NCBI GenBank assembly: GCA_964417965.1
Contig: CAYQJX010000007.1
Coordinates: 12,717 to 76,716, forward strand
Source of the DNA: an uncultured Elusimicrobiaceae bacterium
Lineage (GTDB): Bacteria > Elusimicrobiota > Elusimicrobia > Elusimicrobiales > UBA9959
Direction: 5' to 3'
DNA: 64,000 nt
Below are positions 18,485-27,449 of this stretch, piece after piece. A model generated the notes under the pieces. That model did no database searches and had not been told where the DNA came from. It saw only the letters and a program-made list of their open reading frames with translations. How positions within the stretch are numbered: the first letter of the stretch is position 1; every line of letters starts with the position of its first letter. The position numbers and the translations under genes were made by a program.

Positions 18485-19207
18485 ATGATGGATTTCCAGG
18501 AAATGGTAGAGGTCAGGAACTGCCCCGGCTGCGGCCACAAGAACAAGCCCGATATGGAGGAATGCGCCTATTGCGGCGCGGACATCCGGCGGGTCCCCGT
18601 GGCCAAGGAGCTGGTGACCATGCCGGCGGTCACAGAAGCCGCCAACAGGCCGCCCCCGCCGCCGCCTTCCAAAGAGCAGCTTAAGAAAAAGGAGTCCTCG
18701 GCCCGGCTGGCCGGCTGGTTGCGGTCCATTAAGGATTCTGTTATCACCCTGGCGGTCGGGGTGGGGGGAGTTTTCCTTCTTTACGCCGTTTCCAATAAAG
18801 AGCCGGAGCGGGCGCCGGCCCCGCAGGCGGAGGCGGCCCAGGCCGGGCCCGCCGTGATGGACGTTTTCTACGCTTATAAGCTGCGCAAGGGCGAGGAGAA
18901 GGGCAAAACGATGCGGCAGTTCTGGGCGGAATACCAGCAGCTCTACGAACTCTCCCGCACCAAGGGCAAGCCGGGCATGGAAATACAAATGTTCTCGCAG
19001 CGCGCTCAGGGCGGCGGGGACAGGTATAACGTTTTTGTCATGGAAGCGGTGGCCGGGGAGCGCCGGCGCGCTTTCCCTTTCAGCGTGGACGCCGCCTCGC
19101 TGGAGGTGGTCCCCCTGGCGGCTTGCGACTTCGGGCCTGGTACGCCGGCCGAGTATTCCGTGGCCGTCTGCGAGGGCAGCGCCGACCTTTTTCCGGAAGG
19201 CATCTAG
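18485..19207 (+). CDS. zinc-ribbon plus single-TM protein, unknown function
   Basis: CPGCGHKN...CAYCG zinc ribbon, poly-Pro linker and TM helix ITLAVGVGGVFLLYAV. The ORF-track start at 18392 overlaps the divergent gene. Confidence 0.55.
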   Translation: MMDFQEMVEVRNCPGCGHKNKPDMEECAYCGADIRRVPVAKELVTMPAVTEAANRPPPPPPSKEQLKKKESSARLAGWLRSIKDSVITLAVGVGGVFLLYAVSNKEPERAPAPQAEAAQAGPAVMDVFYAYKLRKGEEKGKTMRQFWAEYQQLYELSRTKGKPGMEIQMFSQRAQGGGDRYNVFVMEAVAGERRRAFPFSVDAASLEVVPLAACDFGPGTPAEYSVAVCEGSADLFPEGI

Positions 19208-19298
19208 GGCCATAGGGCCTACGCGGGATTGGCCCTGTAGGAACTTGCGGGGAGCCCCGGCGCCTGTTAAGATATCAATGTACGGTCACGGAGGAAAC

Positions 19299-20345
19299 AT
19301 GAAAATAAAGTCTTTCGCCCTTCTGCTCACAGCGTTCGTTCCCGCTTATTACCTGCTTACGCCCCCGGTTTCGGATAAGCCTTCCATCCCTTCCGACCTG
19401 CGCGACGCCGTCGCCGACGGCGCCATTGGCGACCTGCCGGCCGGTTCCTCCGCGGCCTCTATCCTGCCCGACGTGCCGGAGCCGATGCCCGGGGAAGTGC
19501 TGCCCGATGACGGCAAGTCTATTTACGGCGCCGACGACCGCCTGGACTATTTTGAGGCTCCCGCCGACAAGAAGGCGCTGGCCGAATCCGTGGTCTCGCT
19601 CTGGTCCTCCCGCTGGGTCAAATTTGAAACCGGCAAAGCCAAGCTGTTCACCGCCTCCCTGCAGAACGCCATGGGCCTCTGCCCCGGGCAGCGCTTCGGC
19701 GACCAGCCGGTGGGCGCCTTCTGCTCCGGCACGCTGGTGGGCGAAGACCTGGTGATGACCGCCGGGCACTGCATAACCGACGAGGCCAAGTGCGCCGACA
19801 CCAAGCTGGTTTTCGGTTTCGCCGTGAAGGCCGCCGGGAAGTATCCCAATTCCGTGCCGCAGGGCGACGTTTACACCTGCAAAAAGATAATAAAGCGCGA
19901 CCTGACCGACGGGTTCCTGGCCTCGCTGTTCCATAACTACGCCAGCGGCGGCCCCGGCCCCGACTACGCCGTGATCCAGCTGGACCGCAAGGTGACCGGC
20001 CGCAAGCCGCTGCCCATCAACAAGGGCGGCAAGGTCTCCGTGGGCGACCCGCTGTTCGTGATCGGCCACCCCGTGGGCCTGCCGGTCAAAGTGGCGGGCA
20101 GCGCCAAGGTGCGCGACACCAAGGCCAAGTATTTCTACCTGGCGGACCTCGACACCTTCGGCGGCAACTCCGGCTCCGCCGTGTTCAACGCCCGCACCAG
20201 CCTGATAGAGGGCATCCTCGTGCGCGGCGACCGCGACTTCGAGCCCGGCCCCGCCGGCTGCAATATCACCACCACCATGCCGCAGAACGGCGGCAGGGGC
20301 GAAGCGGTGACCAAGATCTCCGCGGTGGAGAAATACATCCCCTGA
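19299..20345 (+). CDS. secreted V8/Glu-endopeptidase-like serine protease (S1B)
   Basis: TAGHCI (His), DYAVIQL (Asp) and GGNSGSAVF (Ser). GGAGGA SD before the ATG at 19299. N-terminal signal anchor. Confidence 0.75.
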   Translation: MKIKSFALLLTAFVPAYYLLTPPVSDKPSIPSDLRDAVADGAIGDLPAGSSAASILPDVPEPMPGEVLPDDGKSIYGADDRLDYFEAPADKKALAESVVSLWSSRWVKFETGKAKLFTASLQNAMGLCPGQRFGDQPVGAFCSGTLVGEDLVMTAGHCITDEAKCADTKLVFGFAVKAAGKYPNSVPQGDVYTCKKIIKRDLTDGFLASLFHNYASGGPGPDYAVIQLDRKVTGRKPLPINKGGKVSVGDPLFVIGHPVGLPVKVAGSAKVRDTKAKYFYLADLDTFGGNSGSAVFNARTSLIEGILVRGDRDFEPGPAGCNITTTMPQNGGRGEAVTKISAVEKYIP

Positions 20346-20364
20346 GAAGCGGTCTCTCGCGAAA

Positions 20365-20393
20365 AGCCGCCGGGCAGCCCCGGCGGCTTTTTT
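20365..20393 (+). terminator. intrinsic terminator
   Basis: AGCCGCCGGG-CAGC-CCCGGCGGCT followed by T6. Confidence 0.85.
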
Positions 20394-20528
20394 GTTGACT
20401 TCCGTCGTGGGCAGTAGGGCCCAGGCGGGCGTAGGTCTTAGGGGAAAAATATTTGTTGACTTGTATCAATTGATTTTGCACAATTCACTTAAGAAGTTAA
20501 ATCCCAATCGGTGGATCAGGAGTTGTGC

Positions 20529-21377
20529 ATGATAAAGATGATTGCGACGCTGGTAGTGGCTCTCGCCATGGTTCCGGCCAATGCGGCTAACATCAGTTTC
20601 GACGCTCCCGGGCGCAGCATGCTGCCCGCCATAACCAATATAGACATTCCCTCCCGCCCGGCCCTCGTGCCCGAGGCGGTAAATCCTTTCGACCGCTTCG
20701 CGGCCGAGAAGATAGTAGGCGGCGTACAGGCCGTGAAGGGCGAGTTCCCCTTCCTTGTCTCGCTGAAGAGCTCCTACGGCAGCCACTTCTGCGGCGGCTC
20801 GCTGATAAAGAAGAACTGGGTGCTGACCGCGGCGCATTGCGTCGAGGGCGGCTACCTTAAGGGCGTCACCATCGGCCTGCACAATCAGGCCGACACCGTC
20901 GGCGTGGAGAAGTTCACCGTGCTGCAGATAGTAAAGCACCCCGGCTGGGACACCAACACCATGGACAACGACTTCGCGCTGGTGCAGCTCTCCGCGGACT
21001 CCAAGTTCGCGCCCATCGCGCTTAACACCAAAGAGATCTCCAAAGCCGACTTCGTGACCGCCGGCTGGGGCACCACCAGCGAGGGCGGCGGCGTCTCCAA
21101 GATCCTGATGAAGGTCTCCGTGCCCTTCGTCGACAAAGCCACCTGCTCCGCGGCCTACGAAGGCATAACCGACAGCATGCTCTGCGCCGGTTACAAGGAA
21201 GGCGGCAAAGACTCCTGCCAGGGCGACAGCGGCGGCCCGCTTGTCGTCGGCACCGGCGCCAACATGGCCCTCGCGGGCGTGGTGAGCTGGGGCGAAGGCT
21301 GCGCCCGCCCCAACAAGTACGGCGTTTACGCTAAAGTGAACGGCGCCCTTGACTGGATCAACAAGACCGCCAAATAA
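20529..21377 (+). CDS. secreted trypsin-like serine protease (S1A, chymotrypsin fold)
   Basis: EK|IVGG activation junction, TAAHC, DNDFALVQL, and DSCQGDSGGPLV with Asp at the S1 position. CAGGAG SD before the ATG at 20529. Confidence 0.9.
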   Translation: MIKMIATLVVALAMVPANAANISFDAPGRSMLPAITNIDIPSRPALVPEAVNPFDRFAAEKIVGGVQAVKGEFPFLVSLKSSYGSHFCGGSLIKKNWVLTAAHCVEGGYLKGVTIGLHNQADTVGVEKFTVLQIVKHPGWDTNTMDNDFALVQLSADSKFAPIALNTKEISKADFVTAGWGTTSEGGGVSKILMKVSVPFVDKATCSAAYEGITDSMLCAGYKEGGKDSCQGDSGGPLVVGTGANMALAGVVSWGEGCARPNKYGVYAKVNGALDWINKTAK

Positions 21378-21394
21378 GCGACCCCTTGTTAAGG

Positions 21395-21426
21395 AAGAGC
21401 CCGGCTTAGGCCGGGCTCTTTTTTTT
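21395..21426 (+). terminator. intrinsic terminator
   Basis: AAGAGCCCGG-CTTAGG-CCGGGCTCTT followed by a T-run. Confidence 0.85.
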
Positions 21427-21434
21427 GTTATAAT
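21425..21434 (+). promoter_or_regulatory. extended -10 box TTGtTATAAT
   Basis: Perfect TGnTATAAT, 12 nt upstream of the ATG at 21447. Confidence 0.45.
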
Positions 21435-21446
21435 ATAGATATCAAT

Positions 21447-21536
21447 ATGAATATAAATTTCATCCTATACGTCAAAGACCAGGCACGGAGCCGGGTATTT
21501 TACGCCGTAGCGCTGGGGATGGCACCCAGGTTGTGA
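21447..21536 (+). pseudogene. possible N-terminal remnant (29 codons) of a VOC/glyoxalase-family gene
   Basis: MNINFILYVKDQARSRVFYAVALGMAPRL* resembles the first beta-alpha unit of VOC proteins (hxxhxLxVxDxxxSxxFYxxxLG). No frame continues the fold. Confidence 0.35.
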
Positions 21537-21543
21537 TGGGGGC

Positions 21544-21677
21544 GGGTCTTGCCAAGGGTGCAGGATAAGCAAAACCCTCGTTGAGCCCGCCGCTTGCATA
21601 AGCGCGGCGGGCGAATTCGGAGCGAGGGCACGGTGTGCCCGAGCGCGTTTTGCGTTCCTGCACCCTTGGCGAGACCC
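21544..21677. repeat. 134 bp element bounded by 22 bp imperfect inverted repeats, with two internal GC hairpins
   Basis: GGGTCTTGCCAAGGGTGCAGGA (21544-21565) versus TCCTGCACCCTTGGCGAGACCC (21656-21677), 21 of 22 complementary. Inner hairpins are GCCCGCCGC/GCGGCGGGC and GGGCAC/GTGCCC. Confidence 0.6.
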
Positions 21678-21714
21678 CTGGCAAGCCCCTGCCAAGTTTT
21701 TCCAAATAAATGCT

Positions 21715-21743
21715 TTGACAGTGTCGGGGGGTTTTGTTATAAT
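21715..21743 (+). promoter_or_regulatory. consensus sigma70-type promoter TTGACA-N17-TATAAT
   Basis: TTGACA 21715-21720, a 17 nt spacer, TATAAT 21738-21743. About 280 nt upstream of rplC. Confidence 0.7.
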
Positions 21744-22023
21744 AATCCTGTAGTTAATCGCGGCAACGCTGCGGTTTCTTTGAAAATGCAGTTTTTATTA
21801 CGCTGTCGCGTTCGAAAGAATACGGACGGCGGCCCTATAGATGAAGCGGCCTTGATTCCCTTCACCTGCGGGCTTAATCATAGAAACTAAAAATATCGTT
21901 TCACCATAACCGGAGCCGAAAGGTCCCGGTGAGGTTTGTTCGTTTCTTCCCCGGAACACCGAGGAAAACCCGGCTAAAACCGGGCGTTTCCCGTCGGAGA
22001 AGAACGATAAGGAGCGGACTGAC
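21744..22023 (+). promoter_or_regulatory. long low-GC 5' leader of the rplC operon (candidate r-protein autoregulatory leader)
   Basis: No coding signal (AT-rich third positions). Several hairpins, including ACCGGAGCC-GAAA-GGTCCCGGT and CCCGG-CTAAAA-CCGGG. TTCGTTTCTTC can pair with GAAGAACGA next to the SD. Confidence 0.45.
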
Positions 22024-22794
22024 ATGACTGAAGAAAATAAAACTAACCCCGAGGCCAAGCCCGAAATTCAGGCTCTGCCGAACGCGCATAAATTTCTGAT
22101 AGGCCAGAAGATGGGCATGACCCAGCTCTTCGACGCCGCAGGCTCGCTGCACGCCGTCACCGTCGTGCAGGCCGGCCCGTGCCGCGTGGCTTACACCCGC
22201 ACCAAGGAAAAGGACGGCTACCAGGCCGTCTGCCTCGGCTTCGGGCACAAGAAAGAGCAGCGCGCCAACGCCGCCGAAAAAGGCCTGGCCAAAAAACTTT
22301 CTTCCGCCCCGCTCAAGCACCTGCGCGAATTCCGCGTGGCCGACCTGGCCGGCGCCGCGCAGGGCCAGACGGCCGGCGTGGAGCGTTTCGTAGAGGGCGA
22401 ATACCTGGACCTGCAGGGCATCTCCAAGGGCCACGGCTTCGCCGGCGGCATGAAGCGCCATAATTTCAGCGGCGGTCCCGCCTCCCACGGCGCCTCCGAC
22501 CGCGAGCGCGCTCCCGGTTCGCTGGGTTCCCGCCGCTCCCTGGGCCGCGTGCTTCCCGGCCAGCGCATGGCCGGCCACTGGGGCGTTGAGACCGTCTCCG
22601 TGCAGAAGATGAAGCTCCTGAAAATTATCCCCGAGGAGAACCTGCTGCTCATCGGCGGCGGCATCCCCGGCGCCAACGGCAGCATGGTGTACATCACGCT
22701 TACCAACAAGAAAGTCCCGACCCCGAAGGCCAACAAGGTCTCCAAGAACAAGGTCAAGGCCGAAGCCGCCAAGAAACCGGCCGGCAAGAAATAA
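22024..22794 (+). CDS. rplC: 50S ribosomal protein L3
   Basis: GMTQLFD and GHGFAGGMKRHNFSGGPASHG. AAGGAG SD. N- and C-terminal extensions. Confidence 0.95.
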   Translation: MTEENKTNPEAKPEIQALPNAHKFLIGQKMGMTQLFDAAGSLHAVTVVQAGPCRVAYTRTKEKDGYQAVCLGFGHKKEQRANAAEKGLAKKLSSAPLKHLREFRVADLAGAAQGQTAGVERFVEGEYLDLQGISKGHGFAGGMKRHNFSGGPASHGASDRERAPGSLGSRRSLGRVLPGQRMAGHWGVETVSVQKMKLLKIIPEENLLLIGGGIPGANGSMVYITLTNKKVPTPKANKVSKNKVKAEAAKKPAGKK

Positions 22795-22814
22795 GACCTG
22801 AGCGAGGATAAAAC

Positions 22815-23441
22815 ATGGAAACGAAACTTTTGAACCTTAAAGGACAGGAAGTGGGCAAGGTAGACCTGCCCGAGGTCCTGTTCTCCGTAAAGCCCGACCA
22901 GCACTTCATCCACGAAGTGATGAAGTACTACCTGGCCAACAAGCACCGCGGCACTGCCTCCACCAAGACGCGCGCCGAAGTGTCCGGCGGCGGCAAGAAG
23001 CCCTGGAAGCAGAAGGGCACGGGCCGCGCCCGCGCCGGTTCCACCCGCTCGCCGATCTGGCGCAAGGGCGGCGTGTGCTTCGGCCCCCAGCCGCGCTCTT
23101 TCCGCCAGTACCTGCCCATCCAGAAGCTCCAGAAAGCCCTGATCGAGGCCCTCTCCGCCCGCGCCGCCGACGGCGCCGTGCTGGTGATCGAGAACCTCGG
23201 CCTCGAGCTCCCCAAGACCAGCTCCCTCAACGCCCTCCACAAAGGCCTGGGCGCCAAGAGCGTGCTGTTCGTGACCGACAAGATGGATAAGAACTTCAGG
23301 GTCGCCGCCAAGAACATCGCCGATTTCGGCTGGTGCCTGGCGTCCAACCTGAACGCCTACGAGGCGATGCGCAACAGCAAGCTCGTTTTCACCTCGGCCG
23401 CGCTTAAAGCCCTGGCCGACAGCGTCAAGGAGGCAAAATGA
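22815..23441 (+). CDS. rplD: 50S ribosomal protein L4
   Basis: KPWKQKGTGRARAGSTRSPIWRKGG. Operon order. Confidence 0.95.
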   Translation: METKLLNLKGQEVGKVDLPEVLFSVKPDQHFIHEVMKYYLANKHRGTASTKTRAEVSGGGKKPWKQKGTGRARAGSTRSPIWRKGGVCFGPQPRSFRQYLPIQKLQKALIEALSARAADGAVLVIENLGLELPKTSSLNALHKGLGAKSVLFVTDKMDKNFRVAAKNIADFGWCLASNLNAYEAMRNSKLVFTSAALKALADSVKEAK

Positions 23442-23728
23442 ACTTTACCGAAGTACTGATAGCCCCCATCCTCAGCGAGAAGAGCGTCATAACGAAGGAC
23501 GAGCAGAACCGCTACACCTTCCGCGTGAACCCGAAGTCCACCAAGCCCGAGATCAGGAAGGCCATCGAGACCCTCTTCAAGGTCAAGGTCACGGCGGTCC
23601 GCACCGCCAACCTCCCCGGCAAGCTGCACAAAGTGGGCCGCTACGAGGGCTACCGCTCCGATTGGAAGAAAGCGGTGGTCACCGTGAAGGCCGGTCAGAA
23701 GATAGACATGACCGACCTGCCGAAATAA
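23438..23728 (+). CDS. rplW: 50S ribosomal protein L23
   Basis: LIAPILSEKS...YTFRV. ATGA overlap with rplD. Confidence 0.95.
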   Translation: MNFTEVLIAPILSEKSVITKDEQNRYTFRVNPKSTKPEIRKAIETLFKVKVTAVRTANLPGKLHKVGRYEGYRSDWKKAVVTVKAGQKIDMTDLPK

Positions 23729-23749
23729 GGCGATAAACAGGAAAGAACT

Positions 23750-24589
23750 ATGCCTATAAAATCATACAGACCCTACACCCCCTCGCGGCGCACCATGCAG
23801 ATCGCCGATTTCTCGGAGATCACCAAGCTGGACCCCGAGAAGCACCTGACGACCGGCATGCGCAAGCACGGCGGCCGCAATAACACCGGCATGGTCATGG
23901 TCCGCCACCACGGCGGCGGCCACCGCCGGCGCTACCGCATCATAGATTTCAAGCGCGAGAAGTACGGCGTGCCCGCCAAGGTGTCGGCCATAGAGTACGA
24001 CCCCAACAGGAACGCCCGCATCGCCCTCCTCGTTTACGCGGACGGCGACAAGCGCTACATCCCGGCCCCCCTGGGCCTGGGCGTCGGCGCCTCCGTGGTG
24101 AGCGGCCCGAAGTCCGAGATCAGGCTCGGCAACGCCCTCCCGATGGCCAATATCCCCGACGGTACCTTCATCCACGCCATCGAAATGATCCCCGGCAAGG
24201 GCGCCCAGTTCGTGCGCGCCGCCGGCACCCAGGCGCAGCTGATGGCCAAGGAGGGCGACTACGCCCTCGTCAAGATGCCGTCCGGCGAAATCCGCAAAGT
24301 GCTCAAGAACTGCATGGCCACCATCGGCCAGGTAGGCAACATCGAGCACAACACGATCACCCTCGGCAAAGCCGGCCGCCAGCGCCACATCGGCGTGAAG
24401 CCGACCGTGCGCGGCGCCGCGATGAACGCCTGCGACCACCCGCTCGGCGGCGGCCGCGGCCACTCTAAGGGCAACAACGTTCCGCGCTCGCCGTGGAACC
24501 AGCCTTCCAAGGGCTTCAAGACCAGGACCAAATCCAAGATCTGGGGCTGGATGATAGTGCAGGACAGGCGCAAGTCGACCAACGCCTGA
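23750..24589 (+). CDS. rplB: 50S ribosomal protein L2
   Basis: [13 protein letters not shown] and [14 protein letters not shown]. Confidence 0.97.
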   Translation: MPIKSYRPYTPSRRTMQIADFSEITKLDPEKHLTTGMRKHGGRNNTGMVMVRHHGGGHRRRYRIIDFKREKYGVPAKVSAIEYDPNRNARIALLVYADGDKRYIPAPLGLGVGASVVSGPKSEIRLGNALPMANIPDGTFIHAIEMIPGKGAQFVRAAGTQAQLMAKEGDYALVKMPSGEIRKVLKNCMATIGQVGNIEHNTITLGKAGRQRHIGVKPTVRGAAMNACDHPLGGGRGHSKGNNVPRSPWNQPSKGFKTRTKSKIWGWMIVQDRRKSTNA

Positions 24590-24607
24590 CGATACGGAGG
24601 AATATAA

Positions 24608-24895
24608 ATGAGCAGATCTTCTAAAAAAGGCCCTTTCGTAGACCAGAAACTTCTGGCCAAGGTACAGGCCGCCGCGCAGAGCGGCGCTAAAGTCCAGATC
24701 AAGACCTGGGCCCGCGCCTGCACCATAACGCCCGAATTCGTCGGGCAGACCCTGCTGGTGCACAACGGCCGCAAGTTCCTGCCGGTGTTCTGCACCGAGC
24801 GCATGGTCGGCCACAAGCTCGGCGAGTTCTCTTTCCCGCGGCTCTTCAAGGGCCACGGCCAGTCGCATACCAAGGAAGCTACGGACCTCACCTAA
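24608..24895 (+). CDS. rpsS: 30S ribosomal protein S19
   Basis: [12 protein letters not shown] and HNGRKF. Confidence 0.97.
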   Translation: MSRSSKKGPFVDQKLLAKVQAAAQSGAKVQIKTWARACTITPEFVGQTLLVHNGRKFLPVFCTERMVGHKLGEFSFPRLFKGHGQSHTKEATDLT

Positions 24896-24935
24896 GAGGG
24901 TGACGGATCCAAAGTTAAACTGAACGGAGAAATTT

Positions 24936-25292
24936 ATGGAAGCTAAATGCGATCTCAAATATCAGCGCTTCGGCCGCCGCAAGGTTGCCCAGCTGTTGGA
25001 CGCGGTCAGGGGTAAGTCCCTTTGGGAGGCCCAGTACATCCTGGCCTCCGTGCCCCGCATAGCCACCGACATCGTCGGCAAGGCTATCCAGTCCGCGGGC
25101 GCCAACCTGTCGGTCAAGCTCGGCAAGAAGCTGGACCTCAAGCAGGTCTGGGTCGTCGAGTGTTTCGCCGACCAGGGCCCGATGAAGTTCCTGCGCCGCG
25201 TGCAGCCCGGCCCCCAGGGCCGCGCGATGCCGTTCAAGCGCAAGATGTGCCACATCCACGTGGCAGTGTCCGACACCAAGGAGCGGAAATAA
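24936..25292 (+). CDS. rplV: 50S ribosomal protein L22
   Basis: Position between rpsS and rps[14 protein letters not shown]. Confidence 0.9.
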   Translation: MEAKCDLKYQRFGRRKVAQLLDAVRGKSLWEAQYILASVPRIATDIVGKAIQSAGANLSVKLGKKLDLKQVWVVECFADQGPMKFLRRVQPGPQGRAMPFKRKMCHIHVAVSDTKERK

Positions 25293-25293
25293 T

Positions 25294-26034
25294 ATGGGTC
25301 AAAAAATTCATCCCCGCGGCTTAAGGCTCGGCTACATCCAGGACTGGCGCTCCCGCTGGTTCTCCCCCAAGAAGATGCCGGAACTGATCCGTGAAGATTT
25401 CGAGATCAGGCTCATGGTGACCGAGCGGTTCGCGATGGCCTCCGTCAGCTGGGTGGACATCGAACGCGCCGGCGCCTACCTGAAGGTGACTATCCATACC
25501 GCCCGCCCCGGCGTGGTGATCGGCCGCAAGGGCGCCGACATCGAGAACCTCAAGAAAGACGTGGAGCGCCTCACGAAGCGCAAGGTTTTCATCAACGTTT
25601 CCGAGATCAAGATCCCCGAGCTTGACCCCCGCCTGGTCGGCCAGAGCGTGGCGCAGCAGCTCGAGAAGCGCATCTCCTTCAAGCGCGCCATCAAGCGCGC
25701 CATGGAGCGCACGATGGGCTCGGGCGCCCTCGGCATAAAGGTCATGGCCTCCGGCCGCCTCGGCGGCGCCGAGATCGCCCGCCGCGAGTGGTTCCGCCTC
25801 GGCCGCGTGCCGCTGCAGACCATCTCCGCCGACATCGATTACGGCTTAACCGAGGCGCACACCTCGATGGGCAAGATCGGCATAAAGGTTTGGATCTTCA
25901 AAAAGCTGTTCTTCGCGAAGACCCCCCGCGAGCTGCGCGAGCAGCTGGTCAAGATGGAAGCCGAAAACCCGAGCGAGATACCGGTGATGGACGAGTCCGC
26001 CGCCGCCCGCAGGGACGCAAACCCCAGCGCCTGA
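25294..26034 (+). CDS. rpsC: 30S ribosomal protein S3
   Basis: [13 protein letters not shown] and the KH domain. C-terminal extension. Confidence 0.97.
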   Translation: MGQKIHPRGLRLGYIQDWRSRWFSPKKMPELIREDFEIRLMVTERFAMASVSWVDIERAGAYLKVTIHTARPGVVIGRKGADIENLKKDVERLTKRKVFINVSEIKIPELDPRLVGQSVAQQLEKRISFKRAIKRAMERTMGSGALGIKVMASGRLGGAEIARREWFRLGRVPLQTISADIDYGLTEAHTSMGKIGIKVWIFKKLFFAKTPRELREQLVKMEAENPSEIPVMDESAAARRDANPSA

Positions 26035-26104
26035 GCCAAGACAGTGTCAGTGCCGTTTCAGGGGCTATGCCCAACAGACGGCCTTCTTTTAAGGAGCGAT
26101 TATT

Positions 26105-26518
26105 ATGTTGATGCCTAAGAGAGTAAAGTACCGCAAGACGCACACCGCGGCCCGCATAAAGGGCCCGGCCAAGCGCGGCTTCACGCTGGCTTTCGGTGAA
26201 TACGGCCTGAAGGCCATGGAGCCCCGCTGGATCACCGCCCGCCAGATAGAGGCCTGCCGCGTGACCATCGTCCGCTACCTCCGCAAGAAAGGCAAGATCT
26301 GGGTCCGCATCTTCCCCGACAAGGCCATAACCAAGCACCCCGCCGAAACCCGCATGGGTAAGGGTAAGGGCGCCCCGGAATTCTGGGTCGCCGTAGTGAG
26401 GCCGGGCCGCATTATGTTCGAAGTGGAAGGCCTGGACCTCGCGACCGCCAAGGAAGCTTTCACCCGCGCCAGCCACAAGCTGCCGATAAAGACCAAGTTT
26501 ATAAGCCGCGAGAATTAA
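26105..26518 (+). CDS. rplP: 50S ribosomal protein L16
   Basis: [11 protein letters not shown] and RMGKGKG. Confidence 0.97.
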   Translation: MLMPKRVKYRKTHTAARIKGPAKRGFTLAFGEYGLKAMEPRWITARQIEACRVTIVRYLRKKGKIWVRIFPDKAITKHPAETRMGKGKGAPEFWVAVVRPGRIMFEVEGLDLATAKEAFTRASHKLPIKTKFISREN

Positions 26519-26536
26519 GCAAGGAGCCGCTGATTT

Positions 26537-26764
26537 ATGAAAAGAAAAGAAAAGGAAACGCTCAGCAACATGTCCGACGCCGAGCTCAGGACCCAGGCGT
26601 CTGACCTGAAGAAGCAGATCTTCCAGATCAACTTCAAGCGCACCACCGCGCCGGTGGAGAACCCCCTGATTCTGCGCACCGCCCGCCGCAAGATAGCCAT
26701 GATCAACACCTGGCTCAGACAGCGCGAGCTCGCCAAATCCAAGACCGCCGAGGCTAAAAAATGA
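26537..26764 (+). CDS. rpmC: 50S ribosomal protein L29
   Basis: Size, position, and LKKQIFQINFK. Confidence 0.9.
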   Translation: MKRKEKETLSNMSDAELRTQASDLKKQIFQINFKRTTAPVENPLILRTARRKIAMINTWLRQRELAKSKTAEAKK

Positions 26765-27042
26765 CCGAAAATACCGAGAAAACCGAGTCCAGGTCCAAGC
26801 GCAAAGTGCTGCGCGGCGTGGTCGTCTCCGACAAGATGACCAAGACCCGCGTGATCAGCGTGGACCACGTGATCAGCCACAAGGTCTACAGCAAGACCCT
26901 CCGGCGCCACCGCAAGTTCTACGCGCACGACGAGGCCAACGAATCCAAGAGCGGGGACCTGGTGGAGATAGTCAGCACCCGCCCCCTGTCAGCGATGAAG
27001 CGCTGGCGCATCAGCCGCATAGTCGAGAAGGCCTCAAAGTAA
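26761..27042 (+). CDS. rpsQ: 30S ribosomal protein S17
   Basis: GVVVSDKMTKTRVI...YAHDE. ATGA overlap with rpmC. Confidence 0.95.
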   Translation: MTENTEKTESRSKRKVLRGVVVSDKMTKTRVISVDHVISHKVYSKTLRRHRKFYAHDEANESKSGDLVEIVSTRPLSAMKRWRISRIVEKASK

Positions 27043-27067
27043 CGGCCCGCAATAACGGAGAAAGAAC

Positions 27068-27436
27068 ATGATACAGCTCAGAACCATACTTAACGTCGCC
27101 GACAATTCCGGCGCCCGCAAGCTGCAGTGCTTTCACGTCAACGGCGGCAGCTACCGCAAGTACGCCTTCCTCGGCGACACCATCGTCGCCTCGGTGCGCG
27201 ACGCCATCCCGCACGGCGCCATCAAGAAGGGCGACGTGGTGAAAGCCGTGGTGGTGCGCGTGGCCAAGGAAGTGCGCCGCCCCGACGGCTCCTACATCCG
27301 CTTCGACGACAACGCCGTCTGCGTGATAGACGACAACGGCGAACCCAAGGGTACGCGCGTGTTCGGCCCGGTGGCCCGCGAACTGCGCGGCAAGAACTTC
27401 CTCAAGATCGTTTCGCTCGCTCCCGAAGTAATTTAA
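27068..27436 (+). CDS. rplN: 50S ribosomal protein L14
   Basis: [16 protein letters not shown]. Confidence 0.97.
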   Translation: MIQLRTILNVADNSGARKLQCFHVNGGSYRKYAFLGDTIVASVRDAIPHGAIKKGDVVKAVVVRVAKEVRRPDGSYIRFDDNAVCVIDDNGEPKGTRVFGPVARELRGKNFLKIVSLAPEVI

Positions 27437-27449
27437 TAAGGCGGAAATT

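Noticed and set aside
21594-21890. 98 aa ORF spanning the inverted-repeat element, the consensus promoter and part of the rplC leader.
   Set aside because: Third-codon positions are AT-rich, unlike real genes here. It runs across a promoter and hairpins, and its sequence shows no family resemblance.
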